64,000 bases of DNA from Candidatus Sericytochromatia bacterium (GCA_035286125.1 JAYKIS010000053.1:11210-75209); one strand, 5' to 3'. Counted from the stretch's first letter, positions 18,103 through 27,762 are shown. Notes: a model not told the origin generated them from the sequence alone. Translations and numbers: made by a program.

Positions 18103-19259
18103 AGGACCCCCACGGCTCGTGACAACCGACGCAGGTCCCTGCGTCGGGGAAGCAGGATCGAGATGCTGCGCCCGTTGCCCACGGCATCGACCCGCATACC
18201 GGCCAGCACATAGCCCGTGCGCGGTCCGATGCGCCGGCCCAACTCGCCGGTACGCGCGTCGAAGAAGGCCTTGATCTGGGCATCCTGGACCTCGAAGCCG
18301 ATGCCGAGGTGCCCCCTGCTCGCCGTCAGATCGATCGTGATGCGCCCGAGATTGCGCGTATCGATGGCGATGGTGACCTGGGCATACTGGGAGCGTCGTT
18401 CAGCTCCTCCTTCCCTGTCGGCGTGGATCAGGATCTCCCCGGGCATGGGCTGCTGGTCGCGCCACTGGAAGAAGGGCACGTAGAGCGTGCTCTGTGGCGT
18501 CCGCTGGAGCATCTCATGGGCCCGGAAGTGCTCGCCCAGTGCCTGGATATCCTGTGCCAGCGGTTCGGGCAGCCGCGCCGCAGCCAACGTCGTCACCTGT
18601 TGGCGGATACGGGTGGCGACCTGCTGGAACTGAGGCATCTCGGCAGCCAGCATCTCCGGACCGTTGCCCAGCTTCCACCACGCCTGCAGCGACTGCTTGA
18701 GGGCCTCGGCCTGCGGGCCTGCCGGCCCGGCCGTGCGCAGCGTCATGGCGGTCCGCGCCAGCAAGTGCGCCGTCGGCCCCCCTGCCAGCAGGCGCGCCAT
18801 GGCCTTGAAGTTGTCGGGCTCGGTGGGCAGGCCTGCGGAAAACAGGGCCGTCAGCGCCTCGAGATCGACGAGCGAGCTGCCTCCCAACGCCTGCCAGAGG
18901 GCGCGAATCTGCTCGATGTTGGCGGGTTGCAGGGGCACACCGTAGCGCAACATCTGCTGCGCGATGCGCAGGTGAACGGGTGTGGGAGCGACGCCCTGCT
19001 GGGCAAGCCGCGCAAGAATCGACGCCTCGTTGTGGTAGCCGAACCAGGTGGGTCCCGATGGCTTCTGACGCGCAGCCGCCTCGAGGGACGGATCCGCCGC
19101 TCCGGTACGGCCGAGCGCCGTCCACGACCGCGACCTGGCATTGGCATCGATGGCGGGGTCAGGCTGCCCAGCCCCGCGACCAACCCCAGCCGAACCCGTC
19201 CGGGTCAGCGCGGGGTCCAATCCGCCGCCTCCCAGCCGGTTCAAGGGATTGAAGGCCAA
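18099..19259 (-). CDS. flagellar hook-length control protein FliK-like
   Basis: 386 aa with a TTG start after AGGAGAG. The C-terminal region (YAQVTIAIDTRNLGRITIDLTASRGHLGIGFEVQDAQIKAFFDARTGELGRRI) resembles the Flg_hook domain. The N-terminal half is poorly structured. Confidence 0.5.
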   Translation of the reverse strand: MAFNPLNRLGGGGLDPALTRTGSAGVGRGAGQPDPAIDANARSRSWTALGRTGAADPSLEAAARQKPSGPTWFGYHNEASILARLAQQGVAPTPVHLRIAQQMLRYGVPLQPANIEQIRALWQALGGSSLVDLEALTALFSAGLPTEPDNFKAMARLLAGGPTAHLLARTAMTLRTAGPAGPQAEALKQSLQAWWKLGNGPEMLAAEMPQFQQVATRIRQQVTTLAAARLPEPLAQDIQALGEHFRAHEMLQRTPQSTLYVPFFQWRDQQPMPGEILIHADREGGAERRSQYAQVTIAIDTRNLGRITIDLTASRGHLGIGFEVQDAQIKAFFDARTGELGRRIGPRTGYVLAGMRVDAVGNGRSISILLPRRRDLRRLSRAVGVL

Positions 19260-19480
19260 GGTGCTCTCCTGCAGCGGGGGCTGTAGCCGAATCGCCCCAA
19301 CGCCTGTCTACCCCTTGTCTCCGGGGCTCAAACCCGCCCTTAATGACCTTTCAACAAACGGTCGATCAGACCTGTTCCGGGCGCGAGGTGGCCGTTTCTC
19401 GGGGGATGGTTTAACCTGTCGCGTCAGGGGGAACGCTCAAACCCGATAGCCCCCTTTGCCAGAAGCATGGAGCCCAACAG

Positions 19481-19966
19481 GTGCGCAAGTCTCGTGGTTT
19501 CACCCTGATTGAGTTGCTGGTGGTCGTGGTCATCATCGGCATCCTGGCCTCCGTGGCCGTGCCCAACTTCATGGGTGCGCAGGACAAGGCCAAGAATGCC
19601 GGCGTCCAGGCCAACGCCCACAGCGTCCAGATGGCCCTGGAGCAATACGGCGTCGACAAGGCCGGCGTCTACCCCGACAACGCCAACTTCTACGCCGAAG
19701 TCATCCAGAAGCCCGAATATATGGCGGGTGGTGCCTATCCCAAGACGCCCTGGGGCAAGGGTCCTCAGACTGCCAACGTGGAACCCACGAAGACGCTCGT
19801 GAACGAGGCCATCGGCGCCGGCATCAACACCGGGACCTTCGCCGAGAATCACTACGGCGCAGTCTGCTATGCCGTTGGCGGAACCGCCAGCGACACCTAC
19901 ACCATCACGGGCATCGGCAAGAAGTCGAGCAATGCCGTCGTGGTGTCGGTGCTCAAGAACAACTGA
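19481..19966 (+). CDS. pilA: type IV pilin (prepilin-type N-terminal cleavage/methylation domain)
   Basis: 161 aa with a GTG start after GGAG. MRKSRG/FTLIELLVVVVIIGILASVAVPNF is a class III signal peptide. Confidence 0.85.
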   Translation: MRKSRGFTLIELLVVVVIIGILASVAVPNFMGAQDKAKNAGVQANAHSVQMALEQYGVDKAGVYPDNANFYAEVIQKPEYMAGGAYPKTPWGKGPQTANVEPTKTLVNEAIGAGINTGTFAENHYGAVCYAVGGTASDTYTITGIGKKSSNAVVVSVLKNN

Positions 19967-19984
19967 GTCGGAACGTGTGCGATG

Positions 19985-20008
19985 GCCTGTCGCCCCGGGG
20001 CGACAGGC
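19985..20008 (+). terminator. 10-bp hairpin downstream of pilA
   Basis: gcctgtcgcc-ccgg-ggcgacaggc, 19 nt after the pilA stop. There is no strong T tract. Confidence 0.45.
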
Positions 20009-20039
20009 TATCGCGGTGCCTGAAGGTGAAGCAGCGATC

Positions 20040-20798
20040 GTGAGCGAACTCGTCCTCGAGGCTTCCGGCCTCTCCAAGACCTATGCGGCCCAGATCGGGC
20101 AACCGGCACGACATGCCCTCGTCGACCTCGACTTGATCATCCGGCCCGGAGAGACCTTTGGCCTGCTTGGCCCCAATGGGGCGGGCAAGACCACCTCGCA
20201 AAAACTGTTCCTGGGCCTTGCACGCCCGACCCGCGGCACGATCCGGGTCTTCGGGCAAAGTCCCGAGAACCCCGATGTCCGGAACCGCATCGGCTACCTC
20301 CCCGAGAATCCCTACTTCTATCAGCACCTGACGGGCGAGGAGTTCCTGCGGTTCTGCGGCGGCCTGTTCAACCTGCCGCGGCACGTGGTCGACGCGCGCA
20401 CCGACCAACTTCTGGTGCAGGTCCGGATGCAGGAAGCGCGCAAGGCACAGCTCAAGAAGTATTCCAAGGGCATGCTGCAACGCGTCGGCATCGCCCAGGC
20501 CTTGATCAACGACCCTGAGCTGGTGCTCCTCGACGAGCCGATGAGCGGCCTCGACCCGGTCGGGCGTCACGAGTTCCGAGAGCTGATCCTGGACCTCAAG
20601 CGGCAGGGCAAGACCATCTTCTTCAATTCGCACATCCTCTCGGACGTGGCGGAAATCTGCGATCGCGTCGGCATCCTGGTCGAGGGACGGCTCGCCGCCG
20701 AGGCTGCCGTCGACGACCTGAAGCGCCAGGGCCGGGACCTGGAGACCTTGTTCATGGAAACGGTCCGTGCTCCGAAGGCCGTAGCCGCCACGGCGTGA
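20040..20798 (+). CDS. ABC transporter ATP-binding protein (ABC-2 type)
   Basis: Lies in ORF 19869..20798; the probable start is GTG 20040 (VSELVLEASGLSKTY). Walker A GPNGAGKTT, signature YSKGMLQR and Walker B LVLLDEP. Confidence 0.85.
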   Translation: MSELVLEASGLSKTYAAQIGQPARHALVDLDLIIRPGETFGLLGPNGAGKTTSQKLFLGLARPTRGTIRVFGQSPENPDVRNRIGYLPENPYFYQHLTGEEFLRFCGGLFNLPRHVVDARTDQLLVQVRMQEARKAQLKKYSKGMLQRVGIAQALINDPELVLLDEPMSGLDPVGRHEFRELILDLKRQGKTIFFNSHILSDVAEICDRVGILVEGRLAAEAAVDDLKRQGRDLETLFMETVRAPKAVAATA

Positions 20799-21568
20799 CG
20801 CTCATGTCCGCTGGCCACATCGTGGCGCTGGCCCACCAGACGTGGCGCGAACTGCTTCGTGAACGTCTGGTGTCAGGGGCCTTGCTCGCCTCCGTCGTGA
20901 TCCTGCTGATCGCCATTCCACTCGGCGGACTCTCGCTGGGCCAGGATGGTCGCATCCTGGCGGACCTCGGCTTTGCCAGCCTCGAAGTGACCTCGGTCCT
21001 GCTCGTCATCGTGGCCGGGGCCCAGATGCTGCCCCGCGAGTGGGAACGCCGGACCTCGTTCCTGGTGCTGTCCAAGCCGGTCTCGCGCACCAGCTTCCTG
21101 CTGGGCAAGGCCTTCGGCCTGCTCGCCATGGGTACCTTGCTGGTCTGCATCCAGGCCGTGATCCTGCTGGCCCTCCTGGCGCTGCGTGGGCTCGAAATAG
21201 GGCCCTTGCTGGGCCAGCTTCCCCTGGTGCTGCTCCAGACCATGGTAGCGGCATCGTTGGCCGTCGGCTTCTCGGCCTTTGCCTCGACCCCCGTCACCTT
21301 GCTGGCCACGCTGGCGCTCTATGTCACGGGCCACAACCTGGACAGCCTGCAGGGGCTGGCGGCGCAACTGCCATGGCCCTCGAAAACCCTGCTGTCGGCC
21401 ATCGGTCACCTCCTGCCGGACTTCTCGCTGCTGGACCTCAAGAACCGGATCATCCATGGACAGCGGTTGACGCCCGAACTGGCCCTTGCGGCCGTCATAC
21501 ACGGCGTCTCCTGGTGCGTACTGGCCTTGAGCACCGGCATCCTTGCCTTCCATCGACGTGAAGCCTGA
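20795..21568 (+). CDS. ABC-2 type transporter permease
   Basis: 257 aa with about 6 predicted hydrophobic helices. 4-nt overlap with the upstream ATPase gene. Confidence 0.65.
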   Translation: MTLMSAGHIVALAHQTWRELLRERLVSGALLASVVILLIAIPLGGLSLGQDGRILADLGFASLEVTSVLLVIVAGAQMLPREWERRTSFLVLSKPVSRTSFLLGKAFGLLAMGTLLVCIQAVILLALLALRGLEIGPLLGQLPLVLLQTMVAASLAVGFSAFASTPVTLLATLALYVTGHNLDSLQGLAAQLPWPSKTLLSAIGHLLPDFSLLDLKNRIIHGQRLTPELALAAVIHGVSWCVLALSTGILAFHRREA

Positions 21569-22274
21569 CCTTAGCCCGGGCCTCGCGCTGCTGGCCGCAG
21601 CCTTCATGGCCGTGTCGACGCATGTCCTGGCAACGGGACACCTGGCAGAGGACCCGGCGCGCGACTATCGGCCCTTGCCGGCACGGTATGCCAAGCTTCT
21701 GGCCACGGACTTCGATGCGCTCTGGGCCGACATGGCGTGGCTTGCCTTCCTCCAGCACGATGGAGCCGTCATGGCGATGGAGGAGTCGGAGCGACGCTTC
21801 GGAGACATGGAAGCCGGGCTCGTAACGGTGACCACGCTCGACCCCGATTACCTCGCGGCCTACACGTTCGGGAGCTGGGCGCTCGGCGATGCCGACCGCC
21901 CCCGGGCGGCACAGGGCCTGCTCGAGCGTGGCCTGGCCCATCGTCCGGGAGACCGTCAGCTCCTGTACCAACTGGGCTTCGTACGCTTTCTCCTGCTTCG
22001 GGATCCGGACGGGGCCATCCGCGCCTTCACGGCCGCAGCCGCCCCGGGCGCTCGCCCACAGGACCATGGCATCGTTCGCAATGCCATGAAGATGGCGGCC
22101 GGGCTTGCCGAACGCCGGAACGACCCGGATCTTGCCGGTCGCCTGTGGCGGGCCATCGCCGAGGATGCCCGGCGCCGCGGGGACGAGCGGCTCGCCGGCG
22201 TGGCCCGTCGCGCCCTTGAACGACTGCGTCGGGAACGGGCATCCGTCACGGCACCGGCCCGCTCCGACCGTTAA
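21543..22274 (+). CDS. hypothetical helical-repeat (TPR-like) protein
   Basis: 243 aa; an alternative GTG start lies at 21558. An N-terminal hydrophobic segment (GLALLAAAFMAV) is followed by Ala/Leu-rich helical repeats. No catalytic motif was recognised. Confidence 0.4.
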   Translation: MPSIDVKPDLSPGLALLAAAFMAVSTHVLATGHLAEDPARDYRPLPARYAKLLATDFDALWADMAWLAFLQHDGAVMAMEESERRFGDMEAGLVTVTTLDPDYLAAYTFGSWALGDADRPRAAQGLLERGLAHRPGDRQLLYQLGFVRFLLLRDPDGAIRAFTAAAAPGARPQDHGIVRNAMKMAAGLAERRNDPDLAGRLWRAIAEDARRRGDERLAGVARRALERLRRERASVTAPARSDR

Positions 22275-22301
22275 CATGGCCATGATGGGTGGTACAAACG
22301 G

Positions 22302-23252
22302 GTGTTGACGATGGCCAACCCCCTCGATGCGTCATGGTGGCCGCCGGGCTTCCTGCCGGTGGCGGCCGTGCTGTTCGGGGCCATCCTGGGCAGCTTCCTG
22401 AATGTCGTCATTCATCGGTTGCCCCGCATGGGGGGGTACGCCCCCCTCCCGGAACCACGCGTCCCACTGCCCGTGGTGGGCAACCACACCCTCGAGATCG
22501 GTGACCATACGGTGGTGCAGCCCCTTCCGGTCCATCCGGACTACGATCTGGCCCGGCCCGGCTCGGCGTGCCCGGCCTGCCGCCAGCCGATTCCCTGGCA
22601 CGACAATCTGCCCGTGGTCGGCTGGCTGTTGCTCAAGGGTCGCTGCCGCAACTGCGCGGCCACCATCTCCCCCAGGTATCCCCTCGTCGAGTTCGCGACC
22701 GCGGCCGGGTGCCTGGCCATCTTCGACTGCTTCGGAGCGACGGGGGACACCCTCGCGTGGATCGGTTTCTTTGCGGCGACCATGGCACTCTTCTGGATCG
22801 ACGTGGACACCATGATGCTGCCGACAGGCATCACCTTTCCGCTCGTCTGGGCCGGCCTCGCCTGGCAGGCGAGGGCGGGAGACCCGGCAGGTGCGATACT
22901 CGCCACCATCGTGGCCTATCTGGGCTTCCGGGCCCTGGAGGCAACAGCCTTCATGGTCTTCAGGCGGGATGCGCTGGGCCGCGGAGATGCCCATCTCGCC
23001 GCAGCGCTGGGTGCCTGGCTCGGTCCCCGTCCCCTCGCGGTCGCCATCGCCGGGTCCTTCGTGCTGGGCAGCGTGCTGGGCATCTTCGTCGAGTTCGTGC
23101 GTCAGGGCTACGGCTTCGGCGCCACGTGGCGCTCCATACGCGATCGACAGACCCGACCGTTTCCCTTCGGCCCCGCCCTGGTGCTTGGCGGCTGGGTCGC
23201 GATGCTGACGGGGGATCGCCTGCTGCGCTGGTACCTGGAAGGGATGGCCTGA
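22302..23252 (+). CDS. pilD: prepilin peptidase / N-methyltransferase (A24 family)
   Basis: 316 aa. FLNVVIHRLP, the Zn-knuckle CPACRQP...CRNC, catalytic-Asp contexts WIDVDTMMLP and LGRGDAHLAAALGAWLG. Confidence 0.85.
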   Translation: MLTMANPLDASWWPPGFLPVAAVLFGAILGSFLNVVIHRLPRMGGYAPLPEPRVPLPVVGNHTLEIGDHTVVQPLPVHPDYDLARPGSACPACRQPIPWHDNLPVVGWLLLKGRCRNCAATISPRYPLVEFATAAGCLAIFDCFGATGDTLAWIGFFAATMALFWIDVDTMMLPTGITFPLVWAGLAWQARAGDPAGAILATIVAYLGFRALEATAFMVFRRDALGRGDAHLAAALGAWLGPRPLAVAIAGSFVLGSVLGIFVEFVRQGYGFGATWRSIRDRQTRPFPFGPALVLGGWVAMLTGDRLLRWYLEGMA

Positions 23253-23253
23253 C

Positions 23254-24378
23254 ATGGCGAACTTCCAGCAGACCGTCACGCAGGGCATCGAGAAGATCAG
23301 GGCCATCTTCAAGCCCATCGTCCGCATCGGCATCGACATCACGTCCGACACCATCGTCATCGTCGAATTGCGGCGCGTGAAGGGTGCCATGGTCCTCAGG
23401 CAGGTGATCCTGGGCAACACCCCCTGGAACTCGGTCCAGGAAGGCGAGATCACCGACCCGACCGCACTTGCCGACACCATCCAGGCCCTGCTGGTCGACA
23501 ACGAGATCGAAAGCCGCCGGGCCATCTCGGCCGTCGCGGGACAGTCGACGATCGTCCGGCCCGTGCGCTTCCCGGCCATGCCCGACAGCGAGCTCAAGGA
23601 AGTCATCAGCTACGAGGCAGAGCGCTACATCCCGTTCGCCATCGAGGACGTCAACCTCGCCTATGACCGCGTGGGCGAAATCGAAGAAGATGGCGCACTC
23701 AAGCACGAGATCATCCTGGTCGCGGCCCAGAAGACCCTGGTCAACACCCTGGTCGAGGCACTCAAGGGTGCCGAGGTCCAGCTCGACGCGCTGGATGTCG
23801 CCTCGTTCGCCATCGTCCGGACCATCGCGGACACGGACCAGTGCCGGGACGAGATGACGACGGCCCTGGTCCACATCCAGGGCTGGACGACGGACATCAA
23901 CATCCTGGTCTCCGGCGTGCCCCGGTTCACCCGCTCGATTCCCATCGGCTTCGCCTACCTGCTCGACCTGCTCATCAACAGCATGGGCGTCGACGAGGAA
24001 ACGGCCCGCAAGCTGCTCGACGAGGTCGACGTCGACCCCCAGGGCGGCTTCGACATGTCCCCCGAGGCCGAGCAGGCCGCTGAAAGCATCCGTCCCGCAC
24101 TGGGTGAGCTGACAGGCGAGATCAGCCGCTCGCTCGACTTCTACCTGGCCCAGGGCTCTGACCCCATCGACAGGGTCGTGCTGTCCGGTCGCGGCGGCAA
24201 CATCCGCGGCATCGAGCGTTATCTGGCCAGCCGCGTCGCCATGCCGGTCGAGCCGATCAACCCTTTCCACCACATCGAGTTCGACGAAGCCGAGTTCCCG
24301 CCGGACATCCTCCTGCCCCAGGGTCCCACGCTGGCGACAGCCATCGGCCTCGCGATGAGGGGGGCCCTCGGCGAATGA
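23254..24378 (+). CDS. pilM: type IV pilus assembly protein PilM (actin-like ATPase fold)
   Basis: 374 aa. IGIDITSDTIVIVEL..., FPAMPDSELKEVISYEAERYIPF and GGNIRGIERYLA. Confidence 0.85.
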   Translation: MANFQQTVTQGIEKIRAIFKPIVRIGIDITSDTIVIVELRRVKGAMVLRQVILGNTPWNSVQEGEITDPTALADTIQALLVDNEIESRRAISAVAGQSTIVRPVRFPAMPDSELKEVISYEAERYIPFAIEDVNLAYDRVGEIEEDGALKHEIILVAAQKTLVNTLVEALKGAEVQLDALDVASFAIVRTIADTDQCRDEMTTALVHIQGWTTDINILVSGVPRFTRSIPIGFAYLLDLLINSMGVDEETARKLLDEVDVDPQGGFDMSPEAEQAAESIRPALGELTGEISRSLDFYLAQGSDPIDRVVLSGRGGNIRGIERYLASRVAMPVEPINPFHHIEFDEAEFPPDILLPQGPTLATAIGLAMRGALGE

Positions 24379-25049
24379 AGGTCCTGAAGGTCAACCTGCT
24401 GCCCCCGGAATCCAAGGAGATTGCCGGGATCAAGCTGCCTCCCTACCTTGCCAACCTGGATCCCGGCTTCGTGTTCATCGTGGTGGTAGGCAGTATCGTG
24501 TCTCTCGGCCTGCCCGAACTGCTGACCGCCGTGGTCGACACGCGTTTTATCGCACCGGCCGAGGAAACTCTCACCAAACAAGCCGAGGACCTCAAGCTCA
24601 AGTCGGCAGACAAGTCCAAGCTGGTCAAGCGCAAGACCATCCTCGAACAGAAGGAAAAAGCCTACGACGCCCTGCGTTCCCGTATCGACCGATCCAATCC
24701 CTGGGCCGAGGTCCTCGAGGAGCTGCGCATGATGACGCCCACCGACCTCTGGTTGACAGAGCTGGTTTCGTCGGGCACCACCTTCACCCTTCGGGGTGCC
24801 GCCCTGGATACGAAATCCATTGCCCACTTCTACACGAATCTTCAGACGGCGCGAAACTTCGCGGACCCCGCCCTGAAGCCCATCGAGATGGAGCCGGGCG
24901 AGGACGGTGCCCTGAACTTCGAGATCACGGTTCGGATCACGCACAAGGACGCCGGCGGCGAAGCCCCGCCTGCTGCGCCGGCTGCAGGGACAGGCGAAGC
25001 TGCGGCAGGGGCGGCGCCCCCTGCGGAGCAGGACAAGGAGCCGTCCTGA
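24375..25049 (+). CDS. pilN: type IV pilus assembly protein PilN
   Basis: 224 aa. Begins VNLLPPE, has a single TM helix and a Fimbrial_assembly-like core. 4-nt overlap with pilM. Confidence 0.7.
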   Translation: MKVLKVNLLPPESKEIAGIKLPPYLANLDPGFVFIVVVGSIVSLGLPELLTAVVDTRFIAPAEETLTKQAEDLKLKSADKSKLVKRKTILEQKEKAYDALRSRIDRSNPWAEVLEELRMMTPTDLWLTELVSSGTTFTLRGAALDTKSIAHFYTNLQTARNFADPALKPIEMEPGEDGALNFEITVRITHKDAGGEAPPAAPAAGTGEAAAGAAPPAEQDKEPS

Positions 25050-25052
25050 GCC

Positions 25053-25700
25053 GTGAACATCGAACTTTTCGGCAGGACCTTCAACCCGGAACAGCAGCGT
25101 TTCGCGGCACTGATCTTCTTCCTGCTGCTGCTGCTGCTGCAGACCTACCTGGGGCCATGGCCCCATTTCGAGGAGTATCTCGAGAAGAAGACGACCATCG
25201 AGGCCAACGCACAGACCTTGCTTGCCGCCGTGAATCTCACGACGACGGAGGGCGAGATCGCGGAACGCGAGCGCCTCAACAACGAGGACTTCGAACGGAT
25301 GCGACGCGGCATCCCGGTCAACACCCAGGTCCTGTCCATCCTGCTCGTGGACCTGGCATCCCTCGCTGCCGATTCCAAGGTGGAAATCCGCCGCTTCGCA
25401 CCTTCCAACTTCACACTCAAGGAAAAGGCACCCGGCGACGAGTCCCTGCCCCCGGAGTTCGCCGCCCTTGGCACACAGACCATCGAACTCGAGATCAACG
25501 CCAGGTTCCCTGACTTCGTGGCGTTCCTCGAACGCCTTTCGGCCTACGAGGGCGTGCTGCAGATCGGCCCGCCGACCATCCGGCCACCCGCGGGTGCCTC
25601 TGCCGCTGCCGAAGGCGCAGTCGCCCCTGCCCAACCAGGCAACGCGAACCGTACCCTCTCCATCAATTTCCGGGTGACAACCTATGCCCTGGACCACTAG
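25053..25700 (+). CDS. pilO: type IV pilus assembly protein PilO-like
   Basis: 215 aa with a single TM helix (FFLLLLLLQ) followed by a coiled coil. It sits between pilN and a pilP-like gene. Confidence 0.6.
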   Translation: MNIELFGRTFNPEQQRFAALIFFLLLLLLQTYLGPWPHFEEYLEKKTTIEANAQTLLAAVNLTTTEGEIAERERLNNEDFERMRRGIPVNTQVLSILLVDLASLAADSKVEIRRFAPSNFTLKEKAPGDESLPPEFAALGTQTIELEINARFPDFVAFLERLSAYEGVLQIGPPTIRPPAGASAAAEGAVAPAQPGNANRTLSINFRVTTYALDH

Positions 25701-26334
25701 GGGCGTCGCCCTCGTGGCTGCAGGCCTTTGCCTGTTTCCAGCCCCGGGGCTGGCCCAGCAACCAGCTAGCGGCATTGTGGCTGCGACGCTGCCGGCATCA
25801 GGGTCGGGCAATCCCGAATTCGGGGCTTCGCCACCACCGGCGAGCTTCTCGGTGCCGCCTCCCCTCCCGGCCATGCCGAGCCGCGAGTCCAAGATTCACC
25901 AACTCATCCGCGAGGCCCGGTCCCGTTCCGGGCGGGAGGATCCTTTCCGCTCGCTGCTGCGGGACAAGAACATGCAGGTCGTGCCGATCCCCGCCCCGGT
26001 CATCATCAAGCCCAAGCTCACGCCCCCCCCGGTCATCGTTCCGCCCCCCGGCAAGGTGGCACGGACGCTGCGCAGACCCGGCCCCGGAGGCCGATTCATC
26101 GAGGAAATCGTCTACCTGGACCCGGACGAACCGATCTGGGAGCTTCAGGGCATCCTGAACACGGGGCGCGAAGCCCTGGCCGTCCTCGAGCTGGATGGCC
26201 TGACCCGGGAGGCGCGCATCGGCGAAATCCTGGAGGACGGCTCCAAGGTCGTCAGCATCAACAGCACCCAGGTGGTACTGCTCAACCGCGGTCGCCGCTT
26301 CGTCAAGAACATCGGAGGACAGACCACGCCATGA
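25684..26334 (+). CDS. PilP-like pilus assembly protein
   Basis: 216 aa. Signal peptide, Pro-rich linker and a C-terminal beta domain (WELQGILNTGREALAVLELDGLTREARIGEILEDGSKVVSINSTQVVL). It lies directly before pilQ. Confidence 0.5.
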   Translation: MPWTTRGVALVAAGLCLFPAPGLAQQPASGIVAATLPASGSGNPEFGASPPPASFSVPPPLPAMPSRESKIHQLIREARSRSGREDPFRSLLRDKNMQVVPIPAPVIIKPKLTPPPVIVPPPGKVARTLRRPGPGGRFIEEIVYLDPDEPIWELQGILNTGREALAVLELDGLTREARIGEILEDGSKVVSINSTQVVLLNRGRRFVKNIGGQTTP

Positions 26335-27728
26335 GAAGCCGGACCCGAAGCATCCTGGGCCTGCTCGCGGCGGTGCTGACCGTCCCGGGCGCGATGCAAC
26401 CCGCGTACGCGCAGGCGTCCGGCAGCGATGTCCGCGCCGTCGGCGATCGCTCCCTGGGTGTGGAACGCACGCGCCTGATCCAGAACCCGACGCTGGTCAC
26501 GCTCAGCTTGGCCAATGTCGACGTCCGGCAGATCCTGGAGACCATGGGCCGCAAGGGCGGCATGAACCTGCTCATCGACGACTCCGTCCAAGGCAAGGTG
26601 ACCATCTCCCTCAAGGCCGTTCCCCTCGAGGAGGCCCTGGGGCTGGTCATGAAGATGCAGGACCTGGAGGCGCGCCGTGTCGGTTCGACCCTGCTCATCG
26701 CGACACGCGAGGTCTTCGCGAAGAAGAAGTTCACGGGCATGCAGACTGTCCTGTTCCGCATCGACAACAGCAAGGTCACGGACCTCGAGCCGCGCATCAA
26801 GCAAGCGCTGGCCCAAGGTGACGAGAAGGCGGGCAACGAGACCGTCCGCATCCTCAGCGACGAGCGCACCAACAGCCTGATCATCACGGCTTCGGAAGAC
26901 ACGCTGGATCGGGCCAAGGCCCTCATCCAGGCGCTGGACATCCCGACGCCCCAGGTCCTCATCGAGGTCAAGATGATCGAGGTCTCCTCGCGCGTCAGCG
27001 AGCAACTCGGGCTCAACTACGGCTTCGGCGGGGCCAAGTTCGGCGCGTCGTTCAACAACAGCAACCCCAACACGACGGCCGGCGGCGCGGGCAACCAGGC
27101 GGGCAACCCGGCCACCACGAACGGTGGCACGGCCATCACGTTCCACGCCCTCGACAACCTGACAGCCAACTTCAACGCGCGACTGGACGCCGCCATCCAG
27201 AACAACAACGCCACGGTGCTTGCCAACCCCAAGGTGGCCGCCCAGGACAACAAGAAGGCGACCATCACGATCGTCAACAAGTTCCCCGTCACCAACGTCA
27301 CGATCACGCCCAATGGCTTTGCGACCACCCAGATCAGCTTCCAGGAAGCCGGCCAGATTCTCAACATCACGCCGCGTATCGACACCAAGGGTTTCGTGAC
27401 ACTGGAGCTGGCCCCCGAGATCTCGGCCAAGACCGGCGATGTCATCGTCAATGGCAATGCGGTGCCCATCATCGACTCCCGCAAGGTGGAGACCACGATG
27501 CGGGTCAAGGACGGCGAGAGCATCGTCATCGGCGGCCTGAAGCGCACGGACGTGACGAAGAGCGTCGTCAAGATTCCGTTGCTTGGCGACATCCCCTTGC
27601 TGGGCGCGTTCTTCCAGACGACCGTCGACTCGAGAGCCGAGTCGGAAATCATCATTGTCGTCACGCCCAAGATCACGACGCGGCTCGCCGGAAGCCAGGA
27701 GGCCCTGCCCGGTATCGGCGGCAACTGA
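26331..27728 (+). CDS. pilQ: type IV pilus secretin PilQ (short form)
   Basis: 465 aa. Signal peptide, Secretin_N-like repeats and the secretin core (VIGGLKRTDVTKSVVKIPLLGDIPLLGAFF). No AMIN-type N-terminal domains are evident. Confidence 0.85.
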   Translation: MRSRTRSILGLLAAVLTVPGAMQPAYAQASGSDVRAVGDRSLGVERTRLIQNPTLVTLSLANVDVRQILETMGRKGGMNLLIDDSVQGKVTISLKAVPLEEALGLVMKMQDLEARRVGSTLLIATREVFAKKKFTGMQTVLFRIDNSKVTDLEPRIKQALAQGDEKAGNETVRILSDERTNSLIITASEDTLDRAKALIQALDIPTPQVLIEVKMIEVSSRVSEQLGLNYGFGGAKFGASFNNSNPNTTAGGAGNQAGNPATTNGGTAITFHALDNLTANFNARLDAAIQNNNATVLANPKVAAQDNKKATITIVNKFPVTNVTITPNGFATTQISFQEAGQILNITPRIDTKGFVTLELAPEISAKTGDVIVNGNAVPIIDSRKVETTMRVKDGESIVIGGLKRTDVTKSVVKIPLLGDIPLLGAFFQTTVDSRAESEIIIVVTPKITTRLAGSQEALPGIGGN

Positions 27729-27762
27729 CGGACCTTGGCCCTCCCGGGGGTACAAGAGGCCC

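Noticed and set aside
19400-19460. Possible sigma-28 or sigma-54 promoter upstream of pilA (CCGATAG motif at ~19444; TGGC-like strings)
   Set aside because: CCGATA resembles the sigma-28 -10 element, but no TAAA-type -35 lies at the required ~15-nt spacing. No TGGCAC-N5-TTGC arrangement is present. On the opposite strand, no convincing promoter for the fliK-like operon was found either.
25122-25139. (CTG)6 trinucleotide run in pilO
   Set aside because: It encodes Leu6 within the predicted transmembrane helix, in frame. It is short and plausibly just compositional, so there is no reason to invoke phase variation.
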